A stretch of DNA of 35,896 nucleotides from a virus (taxonomy: Duplodnaviria > Caudoviricetes): positions 1 through 35,896 of the IMG/VR virus record IMGVR_UViG_3300005573_000193; one strand, given 5' to 3'. Shown here in pieces: positions 18,081 to 26,285 of the stretch (position 1 is the stretch's first letter; the number at the start of each line of letters is the position of its first letter). A model generated the notes under the pieces. That model ran no database searches. It was not told the origin of the DNA and saw nothing but the letters and a program-made list of their open reading frames with translations. A program made the translations under genes and the position numbers.

Positions 18081-18356
18081 GCCCTATTCCCTGCGATGGG
18101 GGCAAAAAAACCGAAGGGAGGAAAAAAGATGAAAAAAACAATAAAAAAAGATTTGATAGAGTGGTTCTTGACATTAGATGAATTGGACAGAAACCTGAGC
18201 ATCCTGCAAAGTAAAGGTGCCTCAGCTTCAGAAAAAGACAAAGCGTTTCGGAAATTAAAACGCATTTATAAAAAGCTGTCAGATGCCCCTGCAGATATTG
18301 AACTCTTGGTAGTTAGATAAACAATTATTAACCGCCCCCATCGCAGAGGATAGGGT
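18081..18356. repeat. Inverted repeat pair 3 enclosing ORF 18129..18320
   Basis: 18081-18103 pairs with 18334-18356: 20 Watson-Crick, 2 G-U, 1 mismatch. Confidence 0.9.
18129..18320 (+). CDS. Early hypothetical protein
   Basis: ATG 18129 after AGGGAGG; 63 aa. Confidence 0.75.
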   Translation: MKKTIKKDLIEWFLTLDELDRNLSILQSKGASASEKDKAFRKLKRIYKKLSDAPADIELLVVR

Positions 18357-18402
18357 ATAACCCCTTTTAATGAAAAATGGAAAGAAAGGAAGGAGAAAAA
18401 AG

Positions 18403-18669
18403 ATGAAAGTGGTAAAAGAGCTATTCAATTGCGGGCATGTTATTGACAACTGCCCGTATTGTCAAAGACCGACAGATGGACATACCAAAGTTATGGTCTT
18501 TGACGATGGAACGATGAGCGTCTTCTCGCACTGCCAAGTCTGCGGACTTGGCACGGTTGCAGATCACGAGCCAGCTAATTTCACTACGCTGGCTCGGCAT
18601 TTTCATTATCAAGAAGACGCAATTAAATTAGCCGGCAAACTCGGGTTGCCTATTAGTGGAGAAGGATGA
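18403..18669 (+). CDS. Early zinc-ribbon protein
   Basis: ATG 18403 after AAGGAG; CPYC and CQVC motifs. Confidence 0.75.
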   Translation: MKVVKELFNCGHVIDNCPYCQRPTDGHTKVMVFDDGTMSVFSHCQVCGLGTVADHEPANFTTLARHFHYQEDAIKLAGKLGLPISGEG

Positions 18670-18695
18670 AAAAGCTATCTCTATCCTCTCTTTGG

Positions 18696-18731
18696 GCTGG
18701 GCGGGAGTGCTATTACGCATTCCCGCCCGGT
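18696..18731 (+). other. Intergenic 15-bp hairpin without U-tail
   Basis: GCTGGGCGGGAGTGC / GCATTCCCGCCCGGT with G-U pairs. Confidence 0.7.
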
Positions 18732-18814
18732 AAAGATGATTGGACTGGAAGGGTCAACCTTCCCGGAGAGCCGACCGAAGAGGCAAAGCCGGGAGACCGG
18801 CAAGGAGGACTAAA

Positions 18815-19135
18815 ATGGGCAAGAAACATTTTTTTGTGGAGATCGTGACCTATATGCCAGACGGGTGATACGGAGACCCGCCCTATATAGACCACTGCCA
18901 TCTATCATATATCCCGGCCTCCGCTGCAGAGGCGGGCATATATGTTGGAGAGCCGGTAGGGTTCCATATCGGGCGCGCGCATCGGACGAGCCCAGTCTGG
19001 GATGTTGTCTCGGACTCATCTGGGACTCGGGTTTGGTTTGATACAGATCGGTTTGACTGGGACAGTCCAGAGGTGCTAAAAAATCTACCCACTAGGGCAG
19101 GGAAGGAGGCGCTAAAATGCACTGGACGCAATTAA
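18815..19135 (+). pseudogene. 107-codon frame interrupted by an in-frame TGA
   Basis: RBS AAGGAGG, ATG 18815, TGA at 18866-18868, frame then open to TAA 19133-19135 and overlapping the next gene start. Confidence 0.7.
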
Positions 19136-19623
19136 AAGAGCAATATCGGCGGGAAGCATATCAAAAGTATGAGCAAAGTCAAGCTCTCTTGCGGGAATTA
19201 AAGCCCATCGGGAGAGTCAACGAGTGGGGAGAGATTTTCGGGGTGGAATTGAAGCCGGGCTGGGTATCTGCCCAGATTGCGGGACAGATGTGGATTTTCA
19301 AGAAAAAGGGGTTTGACCAGAAAAAAGCGGAGCTTGCTGATGCTCTCTGGCAAGAGTGCCAGAGGCTTTTGACAGAGGCGGCTAAATACGGCTTTACAAT
19401 ACCAAAGCCAGGATGCACGACTGGGCGAGGGCGCAACTACCTCGCCTCCCTCCAGTGGCACTATGAGCAAGGCTTGCTGAATGAAGAAGAGCAAGCCTAC
19501 TACTGGAAGGAAATGAACTTCTGGGCGGATAACCCCGGCGCAAGCTATGGAGTTATGCAGGAAGATGGGACGCTCAAACCCATCTATTCAAAATTAAATC
19601 CAAGAAGCGGGGAGGTAAAATGA
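19117..19623 (+). CDS. Hypothetical protein
   Basis: 168 aa, RBS AAGGAGG. Confidence 0.8.
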   Translation: MHWTQLKEQYRREAYQKYEQSQALLRELKPIGRVNEWGEIFGVELKPGWVSAQIAGQMWIFKKKGFDQKKAELADALWQECQRLLTEAAKYGFTIPKPGCTTGRGRNYLASLQWHYEQGLLNEEEQAYYWKEMNFWADNPGASYGVMQEDGTLKPIYSKLNPRSGEVK

Positions 19624-19796
19624 GAAGCGATGAGACTACTCTCAAAGAGCTAGCTGATAGTCTTGGGTTCAAGGCTATCTTCTGGCGTCCAGATTTACTG
19701 GAGCTCCAAAAGGGCGAAATAGCCAAGACCTTTAATAGCATAGGTCTGGCTATAATTTATCTTGTAGGCTTCTATGATGGGAGGAATGATGGATAG
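19620..19796 (+). CDS. Hypothetical protein (58 aa, not in ORF track)
   Basis: RBS GGAGGT, ATGA overlap, MRSDETTLKELADSLGFKAIFWRPD... Confidence 0.7.
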   Translation: MRSDETTLKELADSLGFKAIFWRPDLLELQKGEIAKTFNSIGLAIIYLVGFYDGRNDG

Positions 19797-19992
19797 GAAG
19801 GATTTGTTGAGCGTAACGGAGGTCGCCCGGTTTTTCAATACCGGGAGATATACAATCATCAACTGGATACAGCAAGGGAAGCTTTCCGCGGTCAAAGAGG
19901 GAGACAAAATAGTCGGCATTTCTAGGAAAGCTGTTGCCAGATTTGTGATGGTTTATGGAAAAGGGGAGGATGAAAATGGAAATACTGACTGA
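19786..19992 (+). CDS. Excisionase-like/HTH_17 DNA-binding protein
   Basis: LLSVTEVARFFNTGRYTIINWIQQGKLSAVK motif. Confidence 0.85.
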   Translation: MMDRKDLLSVTEVARFFNTGRYTIINWIQQGKLSAVKEGDKIVGISRKAVARFVMVYGKGEDENGNTD

Positions 19993-20095
19993 TTTTATAT
20001 TTATTTGCGTGTTAGCTGTTGCGATGTTGATAACCTTTGCCATCATTGAGGGGATCATTGAGTTTATTTTAGATTGTTTCTGGAGGCAAGAATGA
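19970..20095 (+). CDS. Small membrane peptide (41 aa, not in ORF track)
   Basis: Hydrophobic FIFICVLAVAMLITFAII; stop overlaps nuclease ATG 20092. Confidence 0.55.
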   Translation: MKMEILTDFIFICVLAVAMLITFAIIEGIIEFILDCFWRQE

Positions 20096-21042
20096 CCCGT
20101 AAGGAATTGATTGAACAGTTGCGGGCACGCGGTATTGAAAAAATCTGGGGGCGTGGGCTGTCTACCAGAACAAAAGCAGAACTTCTGGAGTATTTAGCCC
20201 ACATTGAAGCGGGGACTACGATCCGACATCTGAGTTATAGTCAGCTGATAGATTTTCAGATATGTGGTCTCCGCTATTATTTTAAGCGGGTGGACCCGAA
20301 CGCCCCGAAATTCCCTGCGTCAGGTAGGATGATGTTTGGGAAGGCTTATGATTACGGGGTGTCAGTTGGGTTAGAAGATAAACAGCAAACTGGCAATGAT
20401 CCCCCCGTTGATCTAATGCTGGATGCTTTTAAGCAAGCTTGGGACAATCCCGACCAAGATGTGGATTGGACTGGAGAGGATAAGTCTTGGTTAGAGGCTC
20501 AAGGGATAGAGCTAGTTGCGCTCTATCGGGACGGGCTAATACCTGACATTATCCCGTTAGCGGTTCAAGATGAATTCAGTATCACTTTTTCTAACCGGGA
20601 CTATCAACTAATGGTAATCCCTGACTTAGAAGCGGAGCTTTCAAAAGAGGTTCACATCATAGACCATAAGACAGGGATGACCGCTCCGGGTGAATATGAA
20701 GCAGAAGTGTCCGAGCAATTAACCTGCTACGCGCTAGCATATCAAGTCAAGACTGGAGAGCTTCCTGACAAGGTGGCTATACATAAAGCGGTTGCGTTGC
20801 GGAAAGCCCCGCGATCTACACTGCCCCGGTATAAGACGATCAAGGAAACAGACCAGGGCTTTATAGGGATTTCCACTATTGAAAGCAAGCGGACTCCAGA
20901 CAGGATTAAGCGATACCTGAAGACGATGGAGATAACTATCCGATTGATACAAGAGGGTATATTTCCACCCGCTCGGAGTGGAGCGTGGCCGTGCACGCCG
21001 GAAGCGTGCGAATACTGGCAATACTGCCATACAAACTTTTGA
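20092..21042 (+). CDS. PD-(D/E)XK RecB/Cas4-like exonuclease with N-terminal Rho-N-like motif
   Basis: HLSYSQL...C, IPD...IIDHKTG, QLTCYALAY, C....CEYWQYC; adjacent to the recombinase. Confidence 0.88.
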   Translation: MTRKELIEQLRARGIEKIWGRGLSTRTKAELLEYLAHIEAGTTIRHLSYSQLIDFQICGLRYYFKRVDPNAPKFPASGRMMFGKAYDYGVSVGLEDKQQTGNDPPVDLMLDAFKQAWDNPDQDVDWTGEDKSWLEAQGIELVALYRDGLIPDIIPLAVQDEFSITFSNRDYQLMVIPDLEAELSKEVHIIDHKTGMTAPGEYEAEVSEQLTCYALAYQVKTGELPDKVAIHKAVALRKAPRSTLPRYKTIKETDQGFIGISTIESKRTPDRIKRYLKTMEITIRLIQEGIFPPARSGAWPCTPEACEYWQYCHTNF

Positions 21043-21056
21043 GGGAGGAATGAAAA

Positions 21057-22031
21057 ATGAGTGAACCGAGACCAGAAACCAGAAAAGAGCGAGAGGAAAA
21101 AGCTCTCGCAACGCCAACTCCGCAGTTTCTGACTAAACTTGCGGAGAAGCTGGGGGAGACCCCAGAGGACTTGAAGAGGACGATCTTCAAGACCTGTCTC
21201 TACGAAGGGGCTACCGCCGAAGAGTTCAGAACCTTTATGGTGGTAGCCGCAAACTTGGGGCTGAACCCGTTAGCAGGGGAGGTATATGCCTTCCGCAAGC
21301 GGGGTGGGGGCATCCAAGTTATAGTTGGGAAAGAGGGGTTCAATACCCTGAATAACCAGAACCCGGCGTATGATGGACGCCGGTTTTATTACTGGTATCA
21401 GGTTGGAACCGAGGTTAAGCGGTTTGAAAATCCGATGGATGGATACCCGCTGATGATGGTGGAGTGCCATATCTATCGCAAGGATCACGCTCAACCTGAA
21501 ATCGCATTCGCCAAGATGAGTGAATACAACAGACCCGACTTAGAGACTTGGCGGAAATATCCGACAACGATGCTAGAGCATAAGGCTTTTATCAAGGCTA
21601 GCAAGGGGGCTTTTGGGTATGCTGGCGCGGTGGATTTAGATGAAGCGGCGCGGTTTTGTGAACTTCGGAGTGTGCCCCCTGTGGCGGCGGATGAAGTTAG
21701 AGCATACTCTCTACCTTCATCCGAAGGGGCATCGCAAGCTACGCCTGAAACGCCTGAACCGAATTCAACAGCAGAACCCGGAGAAGCTCTGGCAACTAAT
21801 AAGCAAAAAAACTATATCTACGGAATGGCAAAGCTCGGCGGGATCAAGGATACCGAAGAGCTTAAAGCTTTCTTGCGATGGCGTGGAACCCCACCTGAAA
21901 CCTTGAATTTTCGTCAAGCTAATGAATTGATTAGCAAGTTTAAGGCGAAGGATTATTCGGAGATAGAGAGGTTTAAGAGCGAGCAGGAAACTGCTGATGA
22001 ACAAATAGAAGATGAGCCAGAGGAGGGATAA
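21057..22031 (+). CDS. RecT/Red-beta family single-strand annealing protein
   Basis: F..VAANLGLNPLAGEVYAF, IVGKEGF, WRKYPTTMLEHKA...AFG motifs. Confidence 0.9.
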   Translation: MSEPRPETRKEREEKALATPTPQFLTKLAEKLGETPEDLKRTIFKTCLYEGATAEEFRTFMVVAANLGLNPLAGEVYAFRKRGGGIQVIVGKEGFNTLNNQNPAYDGRRFYYWYQVGTEVKRFENPMDGYPLMMVECHIYRKDHAQPEIAFAKMSEYNRPDLETWRKYPTTMLEHKAFIKASKGAFGYAGAVDLDEAARFCELRSVPPVAADEVRAYSLPSSEGASQATPETPEPNSTAEPGEALATNKQKNYIYGMAKLGGIKDTEELKAFLRWRGTPPETLNFRQANELISKFKAKDYSEIERFKSEQETADEQIEDEPEEG

Positions 22032-22033
22032 GA

Positions 22034-22777
22034 ATGCCGTTAGTAAAGATGCCATTCAAAGCGTGCTGGAAAGTGAAAATCTTGCTTATGACTAAGACTG
22101 TCACTATCCGCACTAAAAAATTTGGCGAGGTTGGCGACACCTTTGAAGCGTTTGGGTTTCTCTGGAAGATCGTCAAGGTTGAGTGCCTTGACCATAAGAC
22201 AGCTATTGAAAAATACTTTAAGCAAGAGGGTTTTGATAGTATAGAGCAAGCCCAAGAGTGGGTTCGGGACAATCTTGGGGCTTGGAAGCCAGACCGTCAA
22301 GTATGGGTGCATCATTTTGCACCTGCTGACAAGGAAGTTCAAGAGGTGCGAAAATGTCCTATCTGCGGGTTTAACATCTTCGGAGACCAGAAATGTCCGA
22401 AATGCAATGATAAAAAGCCCAAGCCAAAGGACTCCGAACCTGAACCACCGCAAGCGGTTATTGTGGAAGCTCCGACTTATCGGGTCTATGATAATGGGAT
22501 GGTAGAGCTAAAGTTCGGCAAGTATAAAGGGAAAAGCCTGCGTCAAATTCCAACATACTATCTGGAGCTTATTATTGAGCATTTTGGGGAGATCAGCGAG
22601 TTTCTGGTGGATCACGCTTCCAACGAGTGGAATAGACGGGAGGAAATCATCAAGCCTGGTGATGATGATTTTCTGGTATTCCCAGAAACCGATAAAGGTG
22701 CACCTGACGATGATGAAATAGAAGAGATTTTCTTGAACGATCTTGTGGAACTTAAATCGCAATTGCCGGAGGAATGA
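22034..22777 (+). CDS. Multidomain protein: ASCH-like + zinc ribbon + FGKYKG (DUF3820-like) domain
   Basis: KTVTIRTKKFGEVGDTF...EGF...VWVHHF; CPIC/CPKC; LKFGKYKGKSLRQIPTYYLE. Confidence 0.7.
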   Translation: MPLVKMPFKACWKVKILLMTKTVTIRTKKFGEVGDTFEAFGFLWKIVKVECLDHKTAIEKYFKQEGFDSIEQAQEWVRDNLGAWKPDRQVWVHHFAPADKEVQEVRKCPICGFNIFGDQKCPKCNDKKPKPKDSEPEPPQAVIVEAPTYRVYDNGMVELKFGKYKGKSLRQIPTYYLELIIEHFGEISEFLVDHASNEWNRREEIIKPGDDDFLVFPETDKGAPDDDEIEEIFLNDLVELKSQLPEE

Positions 22778-23487
22778 TAATGTCAAGAGATGGTTGGGTC
22801 CGTATATGGAGAAAAATGTTGGACTCCCTATTATGGAGTATGGAACCAGAGCACTTCAAGGTAGCGATAGCTTGCATCTTGACTGCGGCGGATAAGGAAA
22901 TGGAAATACATCTACCTGAATACTCCAAGACAATCTCTCTGAAGCCTGGAGAGCTATATCTTACTATCCGAACATTTGCAGAACAGAATAAGGTTTCAGA
23001 AAAAAATGTTCGGACAGCTCTGGAAAAGTTAGCTTCAGATGAGTTTCGGTTCTTGGATGTTATACCGTCCCAGTTTGGGACTATCATCCGTATTCTTAAT
23101 TGGGAGCAGTATCAAGGCGGGGATGATAAATCCCCGCCTGAAAACCCTCTGGAAGCCATAGACCGCGTGCCGTTTGAAGAGATAGCTTTGGAATGGAATA
23201 TGCTCGCCAAAAAATATAACCTTCCAGAGGTTAAGACCATATCAGCGGAGAGACAAAGGCATCTAAAAAACCGATGGAAGGATGCTAATTGGCGCAAGAA
23301 CTGGCGGACAGCATTGAATAAAATTCCTGCCAGTCCGTTCCTGTTGGGATCAAAAGGGTGGAGGGCTAATTTTGATTGGTTTATACGCCCTGACTCTGTG
23401 ATCAAGCTAATAGAAGGGCAGTTTGAGACGCAAAAGGGACTGCAAAAAACCGGGTTCAAAGACAAGAAATATACGGAGGGAAAATGA
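22774..23487 (+). CDS. Phage replication initiator (replisome organiser)
   Basis: GWVRIWRKML, HTH region, IRILNWEQYQ, C-terminal SPFLLG..GWRANFDWFIRP...KLIEG; upstream of the DnaC-like gene. Confidence 0.85.
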   Translation: MIMSRDGWVRIWRKMLDSLLWSMEPEHFKVAIACILTAADKEMEIHLPEYSKTISLKPGELYLTIRTFAEQNKVSEKNVRTALEKLASDEFRFLDVIPSQFGTIIRILNWEQYQGGDDKSPPENPLEAIDRVPFEEIALEWNMLAKKYNLPEVKTISAERQRHLKNRWKDANWRKNWRTALNKIPASPFLLGSKGWRANFDWFIRPDSVIKLIEGQFETQKGLQKTGFKDKKYTEGK

Positions 23488-24008
23488 AAATCCCTGAGCG
23501 ATACCGCCAAGCACTCTCTAAATGGCATAACATAGACCAACGACATTCTAACATTCAAGCAGAAGTCAAGGCTTGGGTAGAGAGCACGCCACGCGGATGC
23601 CTGATATTTTACGGACCTCCGGGAACCGGCAAGACTACAATGGCGTTATGGGCTATGCAGAGATTTATAGACCTTTATGATGCTGAAGCCAGATATATCA
23701 CCGCTTTGGAAATCTATCAAAAGCTGAAAACAGATTACTCCAAAGAGGATGCCCTACGATTGGAATTAGCAAAAATACCTCTGCTGATTATTGACGAGAT
23801 AGATTTATTTGGAACATCCGAGAGTGCGTGGCTGTTTATCAATCAAGTCATCTCAAAGCACTACGATGAACTACTCCCGATGATCCTGATTACCAATCTG
23901 GATTTACCAGAACTTGAAGACAAATTGGGAGAGCGTATTTATGACCGGCTGATGGAGTGGGGCAAGGGTATTCTGTTTTCAAATAAATCCTATAGAGAAA
24001 GGGGGTGA
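23484..24008 (+). CDS. DnaC/IstB-like helicase loader ATPase
   Basis: Walker A GPPGTGKT, Walker B LLIIDE, ITNL, GERIYDRL, SYR. Confidence 0.92.
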   Translation: MKIPERYRQALSKWHNIDQRHSNIQAEVKAWVESTPRGCLIFYGPPGTGKTTMALWAMQRFIDLYDAEARYITALEIYQKLKTDYSKEDALRLELAKIPLLIIDEIDLFGTSESAWLFINQVISKHYDELLPMILITNLDLPELEDKLGERIYDRLMEWGKGILFSNKSYRERG

Positions 24009-24214
24009 GGAAAATGATAAAAATCTCTAATCCTGATACATCAGAGATATACGACACTTGGCATCTATGCAAAAGATGCCTCAGCGTATATACGCATAGT
24101 CAGGGGGATTTTGAGGTTATCAAGGGCAGGGAGTGCTGTGTTAATAATTTAATGACCCTGCCCAACTGGGTAAAGGAAATAGCTATAGAGAAGGTAAGAA
24201 AAAATGGGGATTGA
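24005..24214 (+). CDS. Small Cys-containing hypothetical protein
   Basis: Translationally coupled ORF. Confidence 0.55.
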   Translation: MRKMIKISNPDTSEIYDTWHLCKRCLSVYTHSQGDFEVIKGRECCVNNLMTLPNWVKEIAIEKVRKNGD

Positions 24215-24407
24215 AAGAACAAAGAGGTTTTGGAAGATCAGATGCGACAAGTGCAAAAAAGCATATGTAAAAAATTCCTTTCCAAAGATTAGTTTATCTG
24301 ATGTAATGAAAATTCTGGAATATACTGAAATAAACGGAAAGGTCTGCTGCAAGAGTTGCACTCAAGAAGAACGCACTCGGATGCCATTATTTAATGAGAA
24401 GAAATAA
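24204..24407 (+). CDS. Small zinc-finger protein
   Basis: CDKC...CKSC. Confidence 0.65.
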   Translation: MGIERTKRFWKIRCDKCKKAYVKNSFPKISLSDVMKILEYTEINGKVCCKSCTQEERTRMPLFNEKK

Positions 24408-24421
24408 GAAAGGAGAGAAAA

Positions 24422-24679
24422 ATGTTAGAAGAACTGATTGAGAAATTAAAGGAAAGAATTAAACAGCTTGAGCATCAAAAACAGAATGGAGTTTGGGGAA
24501 CATACCATCAAGATAATCTGGATTTTCTGATGTCGTTTCTTGCTGTTCTTGAAGAATGCAAAAGAGAAAGAGAGACGATAGATATGGCTATGTATTGGCT
24601 GGAAAAGAGAAATGAAGAGATCAGTCAAGAGTTACATATATGTGAGAAGAAGCTCTATGAATTGGGCATTAAAAAGTAA
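24422..24679 (+). CDS. Coiled-coil hypothetical protein
   Basis: RBS AAGGAG; 85 aa. Confidence 0.75.
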   Translation: MLEELIEKLKERIKQLEHQKQNGVWGTYHQDNLDFLMSFLAVLEECKRERETIDMAMYWLEKRNEEISQELHICEKKLYELGIKK

Positions 24680-24700
24680 TAAATTAGAAAGGAGAGAAAA

Positions 24701-25063
24701 ATGATAGAGAGAGAAGGACATTGGGTTGTATGTAGAAATTGTGGGAGGGCGGTAGATAAAGACGAAGCATATAAATGGGATGCAAGAGAGAGTATCTATG
24801 CGTCCGGAAATGCTCTCTGCCCCAAATGTGCCAAGAGGTTTTACAAGGCGTGCGACCTATGCGATGGGATTGGGCATATCCAGAAAAAACTTCGCTTTCC
24901 CAGAATACAATTCATCCCGAAGATAGGATGGGACGCTTATCTAATATGGGAGAAGAGAGAGAGATTTCATATCTCGCTTGAGATAGGCGTCCAAATCAGG
25001 GAGACTATCACTTGCCCTATGTGCAATGGGAGCGGTAATCTGAAATGGGGGAAAGAATGGTAA
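24701..25063 (+). CDS. Zinc-finger protein with DnaJ-like CxxCxGxG motifs
   Basis: CDLCDGIG and CPMCNGSG plus CRNC/CPKC. Confidence 0.75.
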   Translation: MIEREGHWVVCRNCGRAVDKDEAYKWDARESIYASGNALCPKCAKRFYKACDLCDGIGHIQKKLRFPRIQFIPKIGWDAYLIWEKRERFHISLEIGVQIRETITCPMCNGSGNLKWGKEW

Positions 25064-25527
25064 AACATATACCTAACGAGACTCAATTTGAGAGATTTGT
25101 GCGGTTAGAGTTGGAGAAGGGAGAGAGACGCTATGGCACTCCCTTTACAGAGCAGAGCGTTTTGAGCAGGGGTGAAACCCCTGAAGACTGCATCAAGAAG
25201 GAATTAGCGGGAGCATATCTTTACGCCACATTGCTTCACGGCTGGAGAGCGTGGATAGCCCGAAAGGGTGCTTATTTATTATTCCAGATCACACGACCGG
25301 AGTTTCTCCGAAACCCGTTCCGACATAGCTGGTTCAATAAGCACGGAATGGAAATAGTTATCTCTCGTCCATTTTGGTATGGCTGGATGATAATCAGTTT
25401 GAAATGGTGGAGAAAAAACAAAGAGAAATCTCCGCTGATCGGAATAGAAATCTGGCGTCCCAGAAATATCCATACCACTATCTTGGAAGTAGTTTTTTTT
25501 AACTTTTCGTTCAAGATAGAGAAATAA
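25057..25527 (+). CDS. Hypothetical protein
   Basis: Coupled ORF; ELEKGERRYG...EDCIKKELAGAYLY helical motif. Confidence 0.65.
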   Translation: MVKHIPNETQFERFVRLELEKGERRYGTPFTEQSVLSRGETPEDCIKKELAGAYLYATLLHGWRAWIARKGAYLLFQITRPEFLRNPFRHSWFNKHGMEIVISRPFWYGWMIISLKWWRKNKEKSPLIGIEIWRPRNIHTTILEVVFFNFSFKIEK

Positions 25528-25538
25528 ATCTCTCGCAC

Positions 25539-25566
25539 TTGACAAACTTTTTTAATCAGGTATAAT
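25539..25566 (+). promoter_or_regulatory. Consensus sigma70 promoter
   Basis: TTGACA-16 bp-TATAAT, 8 nt before ATG 25575. Confidence 0.8.
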
Positions 25567-25574
25567 CCTGATTG

Positions 25575-26150
25575 ATGGAAATTAGAGACATCTCAATTCA
25601 GGATATTATACCTGCACCGTATAATCCGCGTGAGATATCTCCCAAAGCTCTTGAAGGCTTAAGAGCTAGCCTTGAAGAATTCGGTCTCGTTGAACCACTG
25701 ATTTGGAACCAGCGCACAAAGCATCTAGTTGGTGGACATCAACGCTTAAAAGCCTTGCAAATGTCTGGCAAACTCCAAGATACCGTCAAGGTTGTAGTAG
25801 TAGACCTAGATTTAGAACAAGAGATGAAGCTGAATGTGACCCTGAACAATCAGCTGATCTCAGGTCAGTGGAACATTCAAAAACTTGAGCAGGTTATCTC
25901 ATCCATTCCAGTTCCAACAGACATCGCTAAACTCCGAATTGCTGAACTGAAGCAAGTTGCCAAGACTCTTAATAAAGCAGTTATCCCGCAAAATCAAGAG
26001 AACAAAAACTCATCCTTTGATCTCGGAAAATTAGAAGAGATGTGGAGATGCCCGGTTATGTCTTTTGACATTCATCAAGGAGGTATTTGTTATGGCCAAG
26101 AAACCAAAATCAAAGAGAAAGAGAGCTGGTTATGTGAAAAAATACACTAA
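25575..26150 (+). CDS. ParB/Srx N-terminal domain protein
   Basis: PAPYNPR, SLEEFGLVEPLIWN, LVGGHQRLKAL, LNVTLN...SGQW; typical position before terminase. Confidence 0.9.
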   Translation: MEIRDISIQDIIPAPYNPREISPKALEGLRASLEEFGLVEPLIWNQRTKHLVGGHQRLKALQMSGKLQDTVKVVVVDLDLEQEMKLNVTLNNQLISGQWNIQKLEQVISSIPVPTDIAKLRIAELKQVAKTLNKAVIPQNQENKNSSFDLGKLEEMWRCPVMSFDIHQGGICYGQETKIKEKESWLCEKIH

Positions 26151-26205
26151 AAAGAGAAAAGGCTCTCGGAAAAAAAGAGGTGGCCGCGGAAAAGGCTCTT
26201 ATTAG
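26092..26205 (+). CDS. 37-aa highly basic peptide (not in ORF track)
   Basis: RBS AAGGAGGT 7 nt before ATG; MAKKPKSKRKRAGYVKKYTKKRKGSRKKRGGRGKGSY*; followed by a hairpin. Confidence 0.75.
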   Translation: MAKKPKSKRKRAGYVKKYTKKRKGSRKKRGGRGKGSY

Positions 26206-26222
26206 CCACTGGAAATGGATGA

Positions 26223-26248
26223 ATTGGGGGGAGTAAAATCCCCCCAAT
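26223..26248. terminator. GC-rich hairpin, possible terminator
   Basis: ATTGGGGGGA-GTAAAA-TCCCCCCAAT perfect 10-bp stem; weak U-tail. Confidence 0.55.
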
Positions 26249-26285
26249 AATCCTCACTATTGCTATAATACTGTATACTAATACT

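Noticed and set aside
18666-18848. 60-aa ORF from the track
   Set aside because: Runs through strong intergenic hairpins and overlaps the RBS-supported 18815 frame; doubtful.
18866-18920. Selenocysteine insertion or genome-wide TGA recoding
   Set aside because: No convincing SECIS-like hairpin after the TGA, and many genes end in TGA with ATGA coupling.
20092-21042. cas4 of a CRISPR system
   Set aside because: No other cas genes or array; adjacency to RecT/Bet indicates a recombination exonuclease.
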